Below are positions 14,279-27,411 of a stretch of 64,000 bases of DNA, in pieces; the stretch's first letter is position 1, and each line of letters opens with the position of its first letter. The position numbers and the translations under genes are program-made. Below the pieces are notes generated by a model. The model saw only the letters and a list, made by a program, of their open reading frames with translations. It was not told the DNA's origin and searched no databases. Source of the stretch: Cetorhinus maximus (lineage: Eukaryota); assembly GCF_964194155.1 (NCBI RefSeq), contig NC_135899.1, forward strand, positions 81,654,001 to 81,718,000, given 5' to 3'.

Positions 14279-14561
14279 TCCTGGAACTCCGTCTCTACAC
14301 CACATGGACTGCAGCTGTTCAAGAAGGGGCAGCCCGCCACCACCTTATCCAGGGCAACTAGGGAAGATCCATAATTGTTGGGCTAGTTAGCGATGCTCGT
14401 ATTCCATGCACAAGTAAGAAAAAGGGCCCCGGAGTATGTCAACGCTGCAGAAAGGCAAAAAATATGAGTAGAGTGCCTATCAAACTCCATATCGTATGAT
14501 GTGACATCGAAATGGAAGTAGATTGCCCAGTGATTGTGCCCCTTAAATACAAATAAATGTT

Positions 14562-14680
14562 AGCCGGGGTTTTCCGGCCCCACTGTGACGGGACCCGCCG
14601 TTGGGGATGTGGCAGCCGAGCCAAAAGCCTATTAACTTTCGGGGAGACTGGACATTCCCAATGGCTGGAAAATCCTGCCC
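14562..14680. mobile_element. Small (~120 bp) Harbinger-type MITE
   Basis: Imperfect TIRs AGCCGGGGTTTTCCGGC ... GCTGGAAAATCCTGCCC. Confidence 0.55.
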
Positions 14681-16269
14681 ATTGTCTCCTACTGGAAAGG
14701 GGTTGGTTGCCAGTAAACATAACTTTAGGGTCTCTGATTTAGGATCTAGAGCTGGGATTGAGTTGGACAATGATTCAAATCTCTTGAGAATTGTGAAAAA
14801 AATTAATTGGACCTGTTCATCTTAGAGGCAGTTTTATTAGGCCAGAAGCTGTGTAACAATTATTCAGGTAACAGAAAGAAAATAAATATTGCTCTAGGCC
14901 CAAATGAAGACAGGATATCGAGATCATTTGAGGATTAAAATTAATGGCCTTAAGACTCCCTCCTTCACATTAAAATTCACAAAATGTTTTCCAAATATTC
15001 AGCTTTTATTTTTCTAATAGATGCTGGCCTAGAAATTAGATCATATAACACATGTTTTTCAGGCACCAAATGGCCTCTTATTCCCCCAATATGGTAGACA
15101 GGAAATGCAGTCTCATTATCAGGTGAAAGTGCACAACCCGCCATATTGCTAAGAGCAAAAAAGATCGGCGTGCAATGCCCACACCTGAAATATAGGCCTT
15201 AGGCCTAGTGAGTGTGCAAAGAAAGGGTCTAGTGCCTGTCTGAGACACATCTGCTGCAAGCATGGTTGATAATCAACAACCCCTCACGTCTTCTGACTGG
15301 AGCAGGGACACTGAAATTGGTTGTAGCGCTCCACTAGCACCCAGATAAGAACACACCAGAGTAGAACATACTGGAGATGGAAGCAAAAGTCTTACCTATA
15401 TAGTATAGCTTGGATCTGCAACTCAGTTGGGTTATCTTGTAAAGACAATGTGGGAGTTTGTATAGTTTGTAGGATTGTTTCTTTCCCCTCGGGAGCTGGG
15501 CTGGTTACTATGTTGATTATAATGGCAGTTAAATTGCTGAGTATGTATTAAGCACAAGCAAAATGCTACAGTGTTTGTTTATCCATTTCTAATGCTTGAA
15601 TTGGAGCACTGTGTATCATTAAAGAATGTCATAAAGTTGATTTAATGAAAACAAAGAAGACTGAGAGAGAGAGAGAGAGACGATGGTTTATGGAGAATCT
15701 CTCAGTTGTGTTAGAACATTCCCATTTTTTGTGTTTTGGTATAAAAGGGGTACAGCAGTTCTCAAAAGCTCAATAATGTTTAGCAATGTTCATATTTTAG
15801 CTGCCTGTGAACTTCCTCCCTACATTCACTCAGAGAATACCATTAATCTAGACCTTTACATTGGTTAGTAACGTCAATAATGATGAGATATCACAATGAA
15901 TAACTAAGCAAGCTAAGGTTCTTAAGCCTCAAAAAAAGATCCTTCAGATGGAACCTTTTAGAGGTAAATCAGATATTTAATGCAATGAAGTACAGTTGGA
16001 GCAATTCTTTCAGATAAACCAAGACAGCAGGACAAAGAGAACAGGGTGAGGGTTGTGAAGAGAATGTTTAGGATCAATACCTGGAGCAGGTGACTTGGAA
16101 GGACAATTGAGACCAGAGCATGGAACTCACTTAAGGAACGTTGTAATGGAAAAGTGGGATGTTTGGCATTCTGGAAAGACGAGACTAAATGGTTGGACAT
16201 TTACATCCGACCCTGCGATACAGTCAATGAAAAAAATAGCAGGAACCCTCTCCACCCTCCCAAAAAGGA

Positions 16270-16642
16270 TATTTTTTTATAAATTCACTTATGGGATGTG
16301 GGCGTCACTGGCTAGGCCAGCATTTATTGTCCATCCCTAATTGCCCTTGGTCAGAGGGCATTTAAGAATCAACCACATTGCTGTGGGTCTGGAGTCACAT
16401 GCAGGCCAGACCAGGTAAGGACAGCAGATTTCCTTCCCTAAAGGACATTAGTGAACCAGATGGGTTTTTACAAAAATGAACAATGGTTTTATGGTCACCA
16501 TGAGGCTTTTAATTCCAGATTTTTATTGAATTCAAATTCCACCATCTGCCACGGCAGGATTTGAACCCAGGTCCCCAGAGCATTACCCTAGGTGTCTGGA
16601 TTACAAGTCCAGCAACAATACGACAACACCCATCACCTCCCC
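16270..16642 (-). mobile_element. HE1-like V-SINE, full length
   Basis: tRNA-derived head (ggggaggtgatgg...gggttcaaatcc), central domain aaacccatctggttcactaatgtcctttagggaaggaaatctg, HER1 tail. Confidence 0.9.
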
Positions 16643-16820
16643 AAACCATTTGACAGAAGGGCAACTCCCACCATCCTGCTTCCCCCTAAACTCCCTGCAA
16701 GTGTCTATGAAAATCAGGTAGCACGCAGTGCCAAATGCCACTCAACTTAAGACCCTTGCCAAGAAATTGCTTCAGTCTTGTCAGAGTAACAGCGTCCACT
16801 GCACAGTATAAGAACTTAAT

Positions 16821-17408
16821 GGGCTGAATTTTGCTGTTGGTGTGTGTCCCGACGTCATCCCGCGTCATTTCAATATTTCGTTTGTAGGGCGTGCGCTGGA
16901 GGCATCTGCACGCCCGCGGAACTGCCAACAGCCTATTAAGGCCATTTAAAAAGTAATCGAACTTGTTTAGAACGCTGTCCGTCCAGCCTTAAGGTTGTCG
17001 GGCAGGCGAGGAGCCCAAGCGGCCTTCGCGTTTTTCAGGAAACCTCATCCACGGGCGGGATGAGGTTTCCTGAAGCTTTTACAAAATAAATAAATAAATT
17101 TTCCTAACTTTACAAACATGTCCCAGCTCATGTGACACTCACATGAGGGGACATGTTTAAATAAATTTGTACTTTATTTATTAAAAAGTTTTCTAATCCA
17201 TTCAAACTCCTCGAGGCAGCTCTGTGCCTCAGGGAGATTGCTGCGCTCTTTCACGCGCATGCACGAAAGAGTGCAGGCCCCAACTCTCCCTCCTCCCCGA
17301 GCCGGCACAGGTATAAAATGGCGGTGCGCAGCCGATTGCGGGTGGCGATTGGCTCTGCGCCTGCACCCGCTCCCGCCCAGCCCACCCTCCATTGGAAAAA
17401 TTCTCCCC
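16821..17408 (-). mobile_element. Harbinger-derived MITE
   Basis: TIRs GGGCTGAATTTT / AAAATTCTCCCC; exact AAT duplication on both sides; two internal hairpins. Confidence 0.85.
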
Positions 17409-17559
17409 AATGTGAGTATACAAAAGTACTGTACAACCTCCAAGGTAGTAAGTGTTCAGCATCATGACATGAGCCTAAATACCCTGCAAATTTAAAGAAT
17501 AATTATTAAAAATTTGCCAAAAGGCCTCCCCACTCCTAAAAATCACAATGCCCATCATA

Positions 17560-17978
17560 AGACCATGGCAATTTTCTGCCTCAACTCCATTTTCCTGCCC
17601 AACCCCATCTCCTTGATTCCTTTGGAGATCAAAAAAATCTATCCATCCCAGCCTAGAATATACTCAACAATGGAATGTCCACATTCCAAAGATTCACAAA
17701 CATCTGAGTGAAGAAATTTCTCCTCATTGTAATCCTAATTGATCAATCCCTTATCTTGAGGCTGTGCCTCCATGTTTTTGATCCCCACCCAAGAGAAGCA
17801 ACCTCTCAGTGTCTACCCTGTCAAGCCCCTTCAGAATCTTGTGTGTTTCAATGAGATCACTTCTCTTTCTTCTAATCTCCAGAGAGTATTGGCCCAATTT
17901 ACTCAGCCTCTCATCATTGGACAATCCTCTCATCCCAGCAGCCAATCTAATGAACCTTCTCTGCACCCCCTCCAAGGC
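17560..17978 (-). mobile_element. CR1 LINE 3' fragment
   Basis: EGVQRRFIRL..GMRGLSNDERLSKLGQYSLEIRRKRSDLIETHKILKGLDRVD. Confidence 0.85.
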
Positions 17979-20124
17979 ACCTCTTTACACCTATCTTTAC
18001 ATCTATCATGAGGCATTTTACATAGATTGATTAATCTTGTAGTTAAATTTTAAATGCCACTAATGATTTTGCTGTAGCCTTTCATGTGGCATCCCCTCCC
18101 TTCTTAGTTATGGAAACCAGAACTAGTACAGTCTGATATTCGTGGCAACAATGGAGATGATATCATCTAATTGGCTAAAGAACGATGCAAGGATTGCTTG
18201 TTTACAGATCAGAAGAAGATTTCAGGAAATAACATCAGTGGCAATTTCAAAATACATGCCTGCTTTAAAAATTAAAATACACTTCAGCGCACAGGTCATA
18301 ATGAGGTGTCTCCAAAAGTGCAGGTGAATAAAAGCGTTTTGCCTGCTGTACATGCAAATGAGGTCTAAACCTAAATTAACATTTTGATAACAAACAAAAA
18401 AATTTTACGATAGGAGATTCCTCAGGTCATACACAAATACCAGACAAGGAGCTGTGCTCGGTCCCTCTCCTAATTATCTTTTCAAGAAGCTCTCATACCC
18501 AAAGGCTAAGGATCCCTTATGTTATTTCATTAACACACACAGTACTTAAGGACTAGATATAATGTGTGACTCTCTGGAGAGTTTCACACTCCAGAGGTAA
18601 TTAGGATTGAAAAGACAACATACTGCATAGTTTTTCCTGAGCATTTAAAAACTAATTGTACAGCCAATCCCTTTAAAATGCATCCAGCATGCTCAAAAGA
18701 GTACTCCACTTAGCAAGAATATAACTTAATGAGGAATTTGACTTAAATCTAAAATTAAAGATCCCACCAGGTACACATTTTATAATGGTATTCAATTTCC
18801 ACATTGTTATATTTTATTGGACTGCCTGCTTTAATAACAAGTCATTATTTCACCATTTCTTGTGTTCTTTGGAGAAGCAATTTTCAGACAGTGCGAATCC
18901 ATTTTCGAGACCTTCAGGTACAAAACGAAAATAATGCTTCAACATGAGAACGATGACTTCTGGATAAAATAGATGTACTTTTTTTTTGCTGATGGCTTTG
19001 AAAACCGGTGACAAAGATGAAACTGTGCATTGGGCCAGTGTTTGGTGGGTGAAGTGTGTGTGAGGCAGCTGGCAATGCAACAAACTTTTTAATAAAACAA
19101 CCGTAGATTGTTCACTATTTAACAGTGACAAATAACCTACACATACTTTACACCTATCGCGAGGCATTTTACAGGGGTTGATTGATCTTGCAGTTAAATT
19201 TTAAATGCCGCTAATGATTTTGCTGTAACCTTTCATGTGGCACATTGCATATTTTTCAAAGCACAAGAATAATTATTAAATGGAGCTCTCTTTCACAATG
19301 AAATGGATGGATGGCTGCTGATTATGTGTCTAATGATGGGATGCACATGCATATCAAAACACGTTAGCTGGAGTTGAATTGTCTGATTTAGGTGAACGCT
19401 AAATTGATGCTGATATTGCTCATACATTTTGTGTCATCATCGAGTTGCTACACCAACAAGATGTACGTATGAGGACATTTAAAAACGGACTTTTTGTTTT
19501 CAGGTATAGAATTCAATGCCCAAGAAAGAGCCATTCAGCCCACTTTGCTTGTTCTGGCTCTTTGAAAAAGCTATCCACTCCCCAGCTTGTGCCCAACCAA
19601 CAGCCCTGCAAGTTTTCTTTCCTTCAGCTATTTATCCAATTCTTTTTTGAAAGTCGCCATTGAATCTGCCTTCACCACCATTTCGCTGTGTAAAATTAAA
19701 GTCTCCTCATCTCACTTCTGATTCTTCCGATGTAATTAAAAAGAACGGAAAACTGTGAGCCACTGGAAGAGCCTCTTCATAGATAAGAGTTCAATATTTA
19801 CGTCATCATTGGCATCGGTCCTCAGAGGTTGCTATTCATCACTTATCATCGAGATCAACAAATGCAATTTCATCGAGCACGTGAGTTTTGACTTGTAACT
19901 TATCATTAGATGAGTAATCAACAGGCAATTCATCTGATGACACCTCAATTTCATAATTATTTTGCTCTTTTTAAATAAAGTATGTTTTACATATCTGTGA
20001 ACGAATGCAGCAAAATAATTACAATTTAATGCTACTTCTTGGTCCATATAAACTAATAATGATTACCCCATATGTTAATAAATATAGCTGCTATCCTGTC
20101 CTGCTATTATTACCTTCCAACTTA

Positions 20125-20530
20125 TTAGCCTTGGACTAGCAGTCTTCCCTCTGAATTAGAAGGTCAAGGGTTCAAGTCCCACTCCATAATCTAGGCTGAC
20201 GTTTCAGTGCAGTACTGAGGGAGAGCTGCATGTTTGAAAATGCCGGCTTTCAGATGAGAGGCCAAACTGAGAACCCATCTTCCCTTTCAGGGGAACATAA
20301 AACATTCTGTGACAGGACAGTTCTCCCTAGTGCCCTGGCCAATATTGATCCCTCAACCGAAAGATGACTTCGTCATTTATCCCATTACACATTGTGGGAG
20401 CTTGCTGTGTGCAAATTGACTGGTGAGCTTCCTACATTACCACAGTGACTACACCATAAAAGTACTTCATTGCTTGTGTAATGCTTTGGGACATCCTGAA
20501 TAGAGACACACTCTATAAATTCTTTATTTA
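20125..20530 (+). mobile_element. DeuSINE (SacSINE1-like)
   Basis: ctctgaattagaagg..gggttcaagtcccactcca head, agtactgagggag..ctgca core, gctttgggacatcctga...tataaat tail. Confidence 0.8.
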
Positions 20531-20589
20531 CCTCCACACACCACATAGGCTACAGCACCTCTGACACCATTATCTTCCCTCGTCCCTGT

Positions 20590-21228
20590 GGCCAGCATTT
20601 TGACGTTGGCGTGTGGGGGCGGGCCTGACATGCCAATGCATAAGATGACGCACGGTGATGTCAGGCGTGTGTCCCGGCATCACCGCGCGTCATTTAGATC
20701 TTTTGTTCAGCGGGCGGGCGCCAGAGGCAGCTGCACGCCCACCAAACCGCCAAAGGCCTATTAAGGCCATTAAAAAACCAATTAAAGCACTTATTAATGC
20801 TGCCCGTCCAACCTTAAGGGCGGGATGAGGTTTCCTGAAAGTTTTGTTAAATAAATAAATAATTTTTGCGCAATTCATAAACATGCCCCAGCTCATGTGA
20901 CACAGTCACATGAGGGGACATGTGTAATTCATTTTTATGTTTCTTTATTAAAAAAATCTCAATATGTACTTAATCTCCCTGAGGCTGCTCCGTGCCTCAG
21001 GGAGATTTTTGTGCTCGTTTGCACGCATGCGCGAAAGAGCACTGGCCCCGACTCTCCCTCCTCCCCCCGCCCGCACAGGTAGCGCTGAGCGCTACTGGCC
21101 GTGTGTCACGCTGGGTGGGACCTTAATTGTAAAATGTTGGCGTGGAGCCGATCGTGGACGGCGGTCTGCTCCGTGCCTGCCCACGCCCGCTCCTGACCGG
21201 CCCGCCCGGCAGGTAGAAAATTCTGCCC
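20590..21228 (-). mobile_element. Harbinger-derived MITE
   Basis: TIRs GGCCAGCATTTT / AAAATTCTGCCC; flanks TGT/TAT; colinear with 16821-17408. Confidence 0.85.
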
Positions 21229-22499
21229 TATAAAATTAGATCACCCCTCCAACCACGTACATTGTCCAGGTGGTGAAATCTCTTCCATCTCCTCTTGCCC
21301 AGCTTCCCAGTCCCTTCCATTTCCTTTGTCAAACATAAAATTTGAAAATTGTTAACACATTTACATTCCTTCTAAAAGCATACATCCCCATTAAAGAAAA
21401 GCCAAGGCACAAATAAATGTACGGATAGACTGGTAGAGCATAGAGACAGATTGCTCAGAAAGACAAGGGCATACATTCATCTAAACATCAGGTCAAAAAC
21501 AGATCACTACAAAATAGAGGACGGATAGATAAGAGAAAGAGAGATATAATTGAAAGAGACAGATCAATTCAAAAAAAGACTTCAATCACAGACGCAGGCC
21601 TGTATCAGATAGACAAAATGGCAACACATCATACACACACATCAATACAGAAAGCCACATCAGCAGCTCATACCTTCCAGACCAGTTCAAAGCTGAATAC
21701 CATAAGCAATGGGACATTTACTGATATATGTACATTTTTTTTGTATATGCACACAGTTCCTGCAACCGTCACACTCCTTTTACCACTTTGCTGTCAAGCC
21801 TATTTCCATCAGAACCTCCATGTTATGCCCAAAATATACCCCAGCATCTGATATCATTGTCTTTTGATTCAGCCCTCCCAACTCCAAGGAATTGGTCTCT
21901 ACCTGCAGCCCACTCAATCTCTTGTTTCCAGATCCTTCACTTGCACCTCCTCCTGCCACCCTAAGTGCCCACCAGACAATTTCTGCAGCCTGCATCTTGT
22001 CCTGGACTCTGATCTGCAGCCCTGCTCCCTAGAACCACGAAGGAATCCCTTCTGAGGTGTGAGGAACCTTTTTGGAACATAGCATCTCCGCATCAAAAGA
22101 AGTTGCATCCCAATAGTGACAACAAAACTGTTTTAAATTAGTTAAGAGCCATTAGGGCTTTTAAAAAGCACATAAAAGTTCTTAACCCATTTAAAGCCAG
22201 CTCCAAGTAATTGCCAGGGATACAGTTTGTTCTGCACGCATGATTTCCTAAGTTTTTCCATTCTGGCTGAGAATCCTTTATTATCTCAATAGCAGGCGGT
22301 GCTTAAACAATACCCTATTTCTTTTAAATACCGTAATACAGTTTACCGCTTCATGCCTTTCTTTGCTCAAACCCAACTTTTATGTCTTGGGTAAATGAGT
22401 TCGTTGGCTAACCAAACTCTAACTGCACGCCTTCCTATGTCCTCACCAATTGCTTCTTGCAATCAATAACAGGGAGAGACTGATGTGAGAATAAACAGT

Positions 22500-22635
22500 A
22501 CTGCCAGATCTGCTGAGTTTTTCCAGGTTATACTCAGTTCTGTTGAAGGGTCATGTGGACTCGAAACGTCGACTCTTTTCTTCTCCACCAATGCTGCCAG
22601 ACCTGCTGAGTTTTTCCAGGTAATTCTGTTTTTGC
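22500..22635 (+). mobile_element. 136-bp non-autonomous Penelope-end (retrozyme-like) insertion
   Basis: Exact 14-bp TSD TGAGAATAAACAGT (22486-22499, 22636-22649); internal direct repeat ctgccaga.ctgctgagtttttccaggt with 93-bp period; central hammerhead-like motif. Confidence 0.8.
22536..22574 (+). ncRNA. Minimal type I hammerhead ribozyme, core mutated
   Basis: AGTT-CTGTTGA-A-GGGTC-ATGTG-GACTC-GAAA-CG-TC-GACT; the core reads CUGUUGA instead of CUGANGA. Confidence 0.65.
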
Positions 22636-23369
22636 TGAGAATAAACAGTGATGGTTCATTGAGACATAGGCTAGAGCAACAGATCATACGTGCTCACTCA
22701 GGAACCTCCAGAACTAGACTTACAGTTCCCAGTTTCCCAGGCTGTACATTGATTTGTCAGTGCTGTCACATGATCAGTACCCTTGCATTCTCCTAAAGGG
22801 ACAGGGTACCTCACCTTACCACATCAATCTAAGCACCAATGCCTTCCTTTCCATCCCCACTTCCTCCTATCATCTCTTGCCACTTTTCTCCTCATATGTT
22901 TTTGAATATTTCCCCATATTGTTCCACTGCCTCTCACTGTTGCCCCTCCCCTTGCCCAGCATCTCTCCCTATTCCCCCTCCTTGCAGCCAACTCCTACTC
23001 TTCTCACCTTCCTCCCCCTTTTCCCCACTCTGCTCATTATGCTCAACCTCCACCCCAACACTCATGCCTTCTCCCGCACTTCCACCGTTTCTCCAGCCTC
23101 CATGTACCCCTGAATTTCCCCACATTCGCCCCTGTAAACCTGGCTCCAACAAAACCCCAACACGCTGTTTTTTTTTCAGAAGCAGCCCGCATTGCCTTTC
23201 AGTTTCCAGTGTCCCGACATTCAGCAACCCGTCCTATCCAACACTCTCACATCTCACACAACCCAGTGTTCTCGCTCCCCATTCTCCAGTGCTGCTGTAA
23301 CAGTTCTCACAACCTCTTGCTTCCTATATCTCTACCATCTTTCTTTGTGCTTTGGAATTTAATAATAAA

Positions 23370-23885
23370 AAATAAAGAGGAGCAGAAGGACCTGGGGTAT
23401 ATATGTACAAATCACTGAAGGTGGCAGGACCGGTTAATACAGCATCCTAGGCTTCATACATAGAGGCCTAGAGTACAAAAGCAAGGAAGTGAACCTTTTC
23501 AAAGGACTGGTTTGGCCTCAACTGGAGTTTATGTCCAGTTCTGAATATCAAACTTTAGGGAGGATGTGAAGGCATTAGAGAGGGTGCAGGAAAGATTCAT
23601 GGGAGTGCTTCTGTGTGTGAGGGACTTCAATTATGAGGATGGATTGGAGATGCTAGGGTTGAGAGGAGATTTCATAGAAGTGTTCAAAATCACGAGGAGC
23701 CTGGACAGGGTAGAAAGGCAGAAACTATTCCTGTGGGTGGAAGGATTGAGAACTAGAGGACTCCGATTTAAGGTGATTCGAAGAACAGCCAGAGGCAACG
23801 GGAGGAAAAAAAAAACTTTTACACTGCAAGTAATTAGGATCTGGAATGCACTGGTGAAAGAGGCAGATTGAATCATGGCTTTCAG
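23370..23885 (+). mobile_element. CR1 LINE 3' fragment
   Basis: KALERVQERF...LRGDFIEVFKI..LDRV...TRG..FKV. Confidence 0.85.
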
Positions 23886-24319
23886 TTGTTGCAGAGAGAC
23901 CAGCTTCCTTACATCAGACCTGAATTTACCTTTTATTAGTTTGAACTATATCCTACTAATGCAATTTACTTAGAAGTAATTTTCTGGATTTACTTTCTCC
24001 ACGTTTTTAATGACTTATTTACATCTATAAGGTTATCTCTTAGTCATCTCCTTTCAAAGCTTAACAATCCAAGTTACACGTGCACACACACACATTTTGG
24101 GACATTACAATCTTTGGGGAAGACTTGCTTGTGCACATTGACCTTCCTGAATACAATTTTTAGAGTATTTTTCCTTCATAAAAGCAACATTTGTTTTCAT
24201 TTACTCTTCTTCAGTTCTCTTTTCTTTATTCTATCTTTGTTTCTTTCCCTCCGTTCTTTTTAGATTCAGGGCCTCTTTTATTTGTGTTGATAGCCAGGCA
24301 GAAAAAAAGACAAAAGAGG

Positions 24320-24600
24320 GAGAAACATAGGAATGGGGTGGAGGCGGGCAGGGAAGGCCATTCAGCCTCTCGAGCCTGTTCTGTCTTTCATTCAGATCGT
24401 GGTTGATTTATACCCCAACTCCGTTTGTCTGTCTTTGGTCCATATGCTTGGGTGCCCTCATCTAGCCAAACTCTATCAAGTTCAGTGCCGAAATTTCAGT
24501 TGAAGCAGCATCCAATACCTTTTCTTGAGGAGAGAGTTCCAGATTTTCGCTACCCTTAGTGTGAACAAACGCTCCCTGCTTTCATCCCTGAACGGCCCAC
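24320..24600 (-). mobile_element. CR1 3' UTR remnant
   Basis: gaaacatagga...ggccattcagcctctcgagcctgttc...gagagttccagatt, typical of a reverse-oriented CR1 tail. Confidence 0.6.
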
Positions 24601-27411
24601 CGTGAGGTTTAAGAGGAAGGCAGGGAAGGGCTCATCAGCTAGAAAGATAACACAGGTAACGCAAGCTGTGAGGAAAGGGTTAAACTGCCGTTGCAGGGAA
24701 AGCAGCCGTAAGGTGAGGAATCCCCATCCCCTTTCATGCAGATTTGGTTGGAAGACCAGTAGACGGGATGAAAATAAATAAACAGCAGGTCAGCAGCGTA
24801 CCTTAAAGGGGAAGACTGGTTTATGTTTCTTTTGGGATCTTCATCAAAGCTGCTTCAGGTCTGGTGAAGGGGACCCAATCGCAGCGTTAACCTATCTTTC
24901 TCTTTCAATGCTGACTTGTTTGTAAATAACTCAATGGGAGATTTTTATTTTCCGCTTTGCCAAAAGAAGCATTGATCTCAGGAAGGGAATAGCTATAAAT
25001 CATTGGAAAGATGCTCTGGGGATAAGGGAGAGAGAAAAAAAGTAGGAGAGACTGAAACTCCATTAAAATTGGCAGTGAATCTTAATTTCAGATCTTTGTG
25101 GCAGTTGGCTTTAGTTCCATGCTGCCAGCCATACTTACCAAAGACATTTCTAGGAAGATATTTCCCTGATAAATATCAATTAGATATTAATGGAGTTGTG
25201 GATGAATGCTCCTCTATTTCTGAACAGGTGATGTAATTTTAATATTATGATCATAGGTCAAAAAATGTTTGGAAATGGAGTTTTAAAAGCAATATAAAAG
25301 AACTAAAGGATAGCAGAACAGCACTGAAAGCTGATTCTGCTGTTGCCAACATAGTACGAGACCATTATTGCAATGGTGATTGCTAGTATGTTCCCTGCTA
25401 CACAATAAAAATTAAATCTGCTCGACTTGATCCGCAGCCATCAATTTTATTTAAAGTCCTTCCTTCCCTGAAGGTGGCAAATTGTGCTGGATTACTTACC
25501 CATTGGCACCTCATCCAAGTGTGAAACCAGACACTCAAACGTGGACAGGCTGTTCAAGGCTGAGAGGAGGGAGGTCCTTGTTGACTGGTCATGTGTGCCT
25601 TAGGATTTGTGCTGACTGGTTAATAGAGTGGGGATGGGAACCAATGGAGGCTCAAAAATGAAAGAATTTATTTATAAAGAGCGTTCTCAAAGGGATGCAA
25701 TTCACACCATGAAGTACATTTTGGAGAGCAGTGACTATTATGCAGGCGAACATAAGGTGGAGTATGGCAATCCATGACTAGCCCAGTGGAGATCAGCTGA
25801 CTCCAAGATAGAACTTGGAAGCTTCCTGGTCTATATGGCTGAGTACCACACCATGCTGAGCTGCTGGCTAGGAAGCCATCAGGAAATAATTACTTCTCCA
25901 TAGTTTCCTTTTGCTTCAGATAATTGAGTTGGCACTACTTCTGCTACTGCTGATCAAGTGTTCAGCTCTATGGGGTCTGCATTGACATCTGCAAGTACCT
26001 TGTGCCTGCGATCGTTTAATGAAGCCCTCCTAATTTTTGCCTATTATCATTAGCGATGTTATAGTGAGGTTATAATCAGTAGTGCAAGCTTAGTTGTAAT
26101 TATGACATTCACTATGATCCCATAAGACCAGACTTCTGTATGGGTGGAAACGCCCGTGTTGAAAAATAATGTATATTGTTACAACCAAGGGTCTGCGTCC
26201 CATTGAAATCGATCAGAAATAGAGCCGTGCGGTTTTATAAAAGCCCCATTCACATTCCTGGGGTGTTCCACTCAGCAGGAAACATTGTTAGCAAATCTAA
26301 AATAATCTAACTGCAAAATGTTTCATTTTCTTCCTCCAGTGACTGTTGCTAACAAACTCCTTGTGTTAGTTTCCTGTTTTAAACACCCTATTACTAGTGC
26401 AGCGATAAATCATTTTAAAACTTGACATGCTCATACTGGGCCCAGGCATCAAGCTATCTATAATGGCTCTTGACAAATCCATTCTACAATTCAAACTGAT
26501 ATGGTTGATATTGATGTCACACTAAAAACCATAGACAAATTAAGTCCTAATGCAACAGAACGTTGCATGCATTGAGCAGCAAGGCTTTTGTTGTGTGACA
26601 TCCACAAGTGGCAAGTGTAGCATTTGCACTCTGGTGTCCCCGGCAATCATTTATAACTGTCAGTAGCTGCGGGAAATGTGACAAATACTGATTACAGCAG
26701 TACAGAATATCCATTAGGGATGGAAGATGTAAAATATGCCTGCATATAAAATCTCAACAACATGAAATGTAAAAGAAATCACGCATTTTGCGGGCCTGAA
26801 CAATTACTCTCGCGCTCTTCCTAAATTTTCAAAATAAACACAGGCGCCTCCTACACAGGGTTAGATTGATTCTTAGCTCACAATTTCCTGCTTTTGATCG
26901 CTCTTTCAGAGAGATGACCTAATGGGACAAACTGTCATCCAGTGCAGCGAGTGCTGACTCAGTCAAAGCATTCAGAAAGACATTGGGGCTGTTTCCTAAT
27001 GCACCAGGGAACAAATGGATATGGGTTTGGCAAGTGAAGCAAGAAGGAAATTAAATGCTTTGTTGGGGTCCAGAGCCTGTATATGAATGATGGGACAAGC
27101 AGGTTAAACCGAATGCCCTGTTCTCATTTCTAATTTTTTACGGTCCGTCCTGATGCATTCATATTTCTGGACTGCAATACAACCTGTTGTAGGAGTTGCT
27201 GCCTTGTGCACTGCTGAATTTCTTCTTATAATGTGGTACAGGGTGGTTACCAGAATTGTGCCAAGGTTTAATTGTGAAGGCTTGAAAAAAAATGATGGCG
27301 TGTTCTACATCGCAGATCATGTAGCCTGTTGTTACTGAATGATTTATCATATGCGCTTTAATGGTCAGAAACATTTGGATATTTTACTTCCTAATTGTCT
27401 TTTCCATTCAG

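Larger units (their letters stand above)
13010..14422 (+). mobile_element. HER1-like 3' fragment interrupted by an HE1 SINE and a CR1 fragment
   Basis: 13010-13415 matches 3965-4400; the tail resumes at 14281-14422 (cctggaactcc...ggactgcagc...gggcaactaggga). Confidence 0.8.

Noticed and set aside
16540-16642. tRNA gene (A/B-box-like sequence; also in other HE1 and DeuSINE heads)
   Set aside because: These are SINE heads continuous with SINE bodies, with no full cloverleaf
22754-23340. Pro/Ser/Leu-rich ORFs
   Set aside because: CT-rich low-complexity sequence with no domain or splice support
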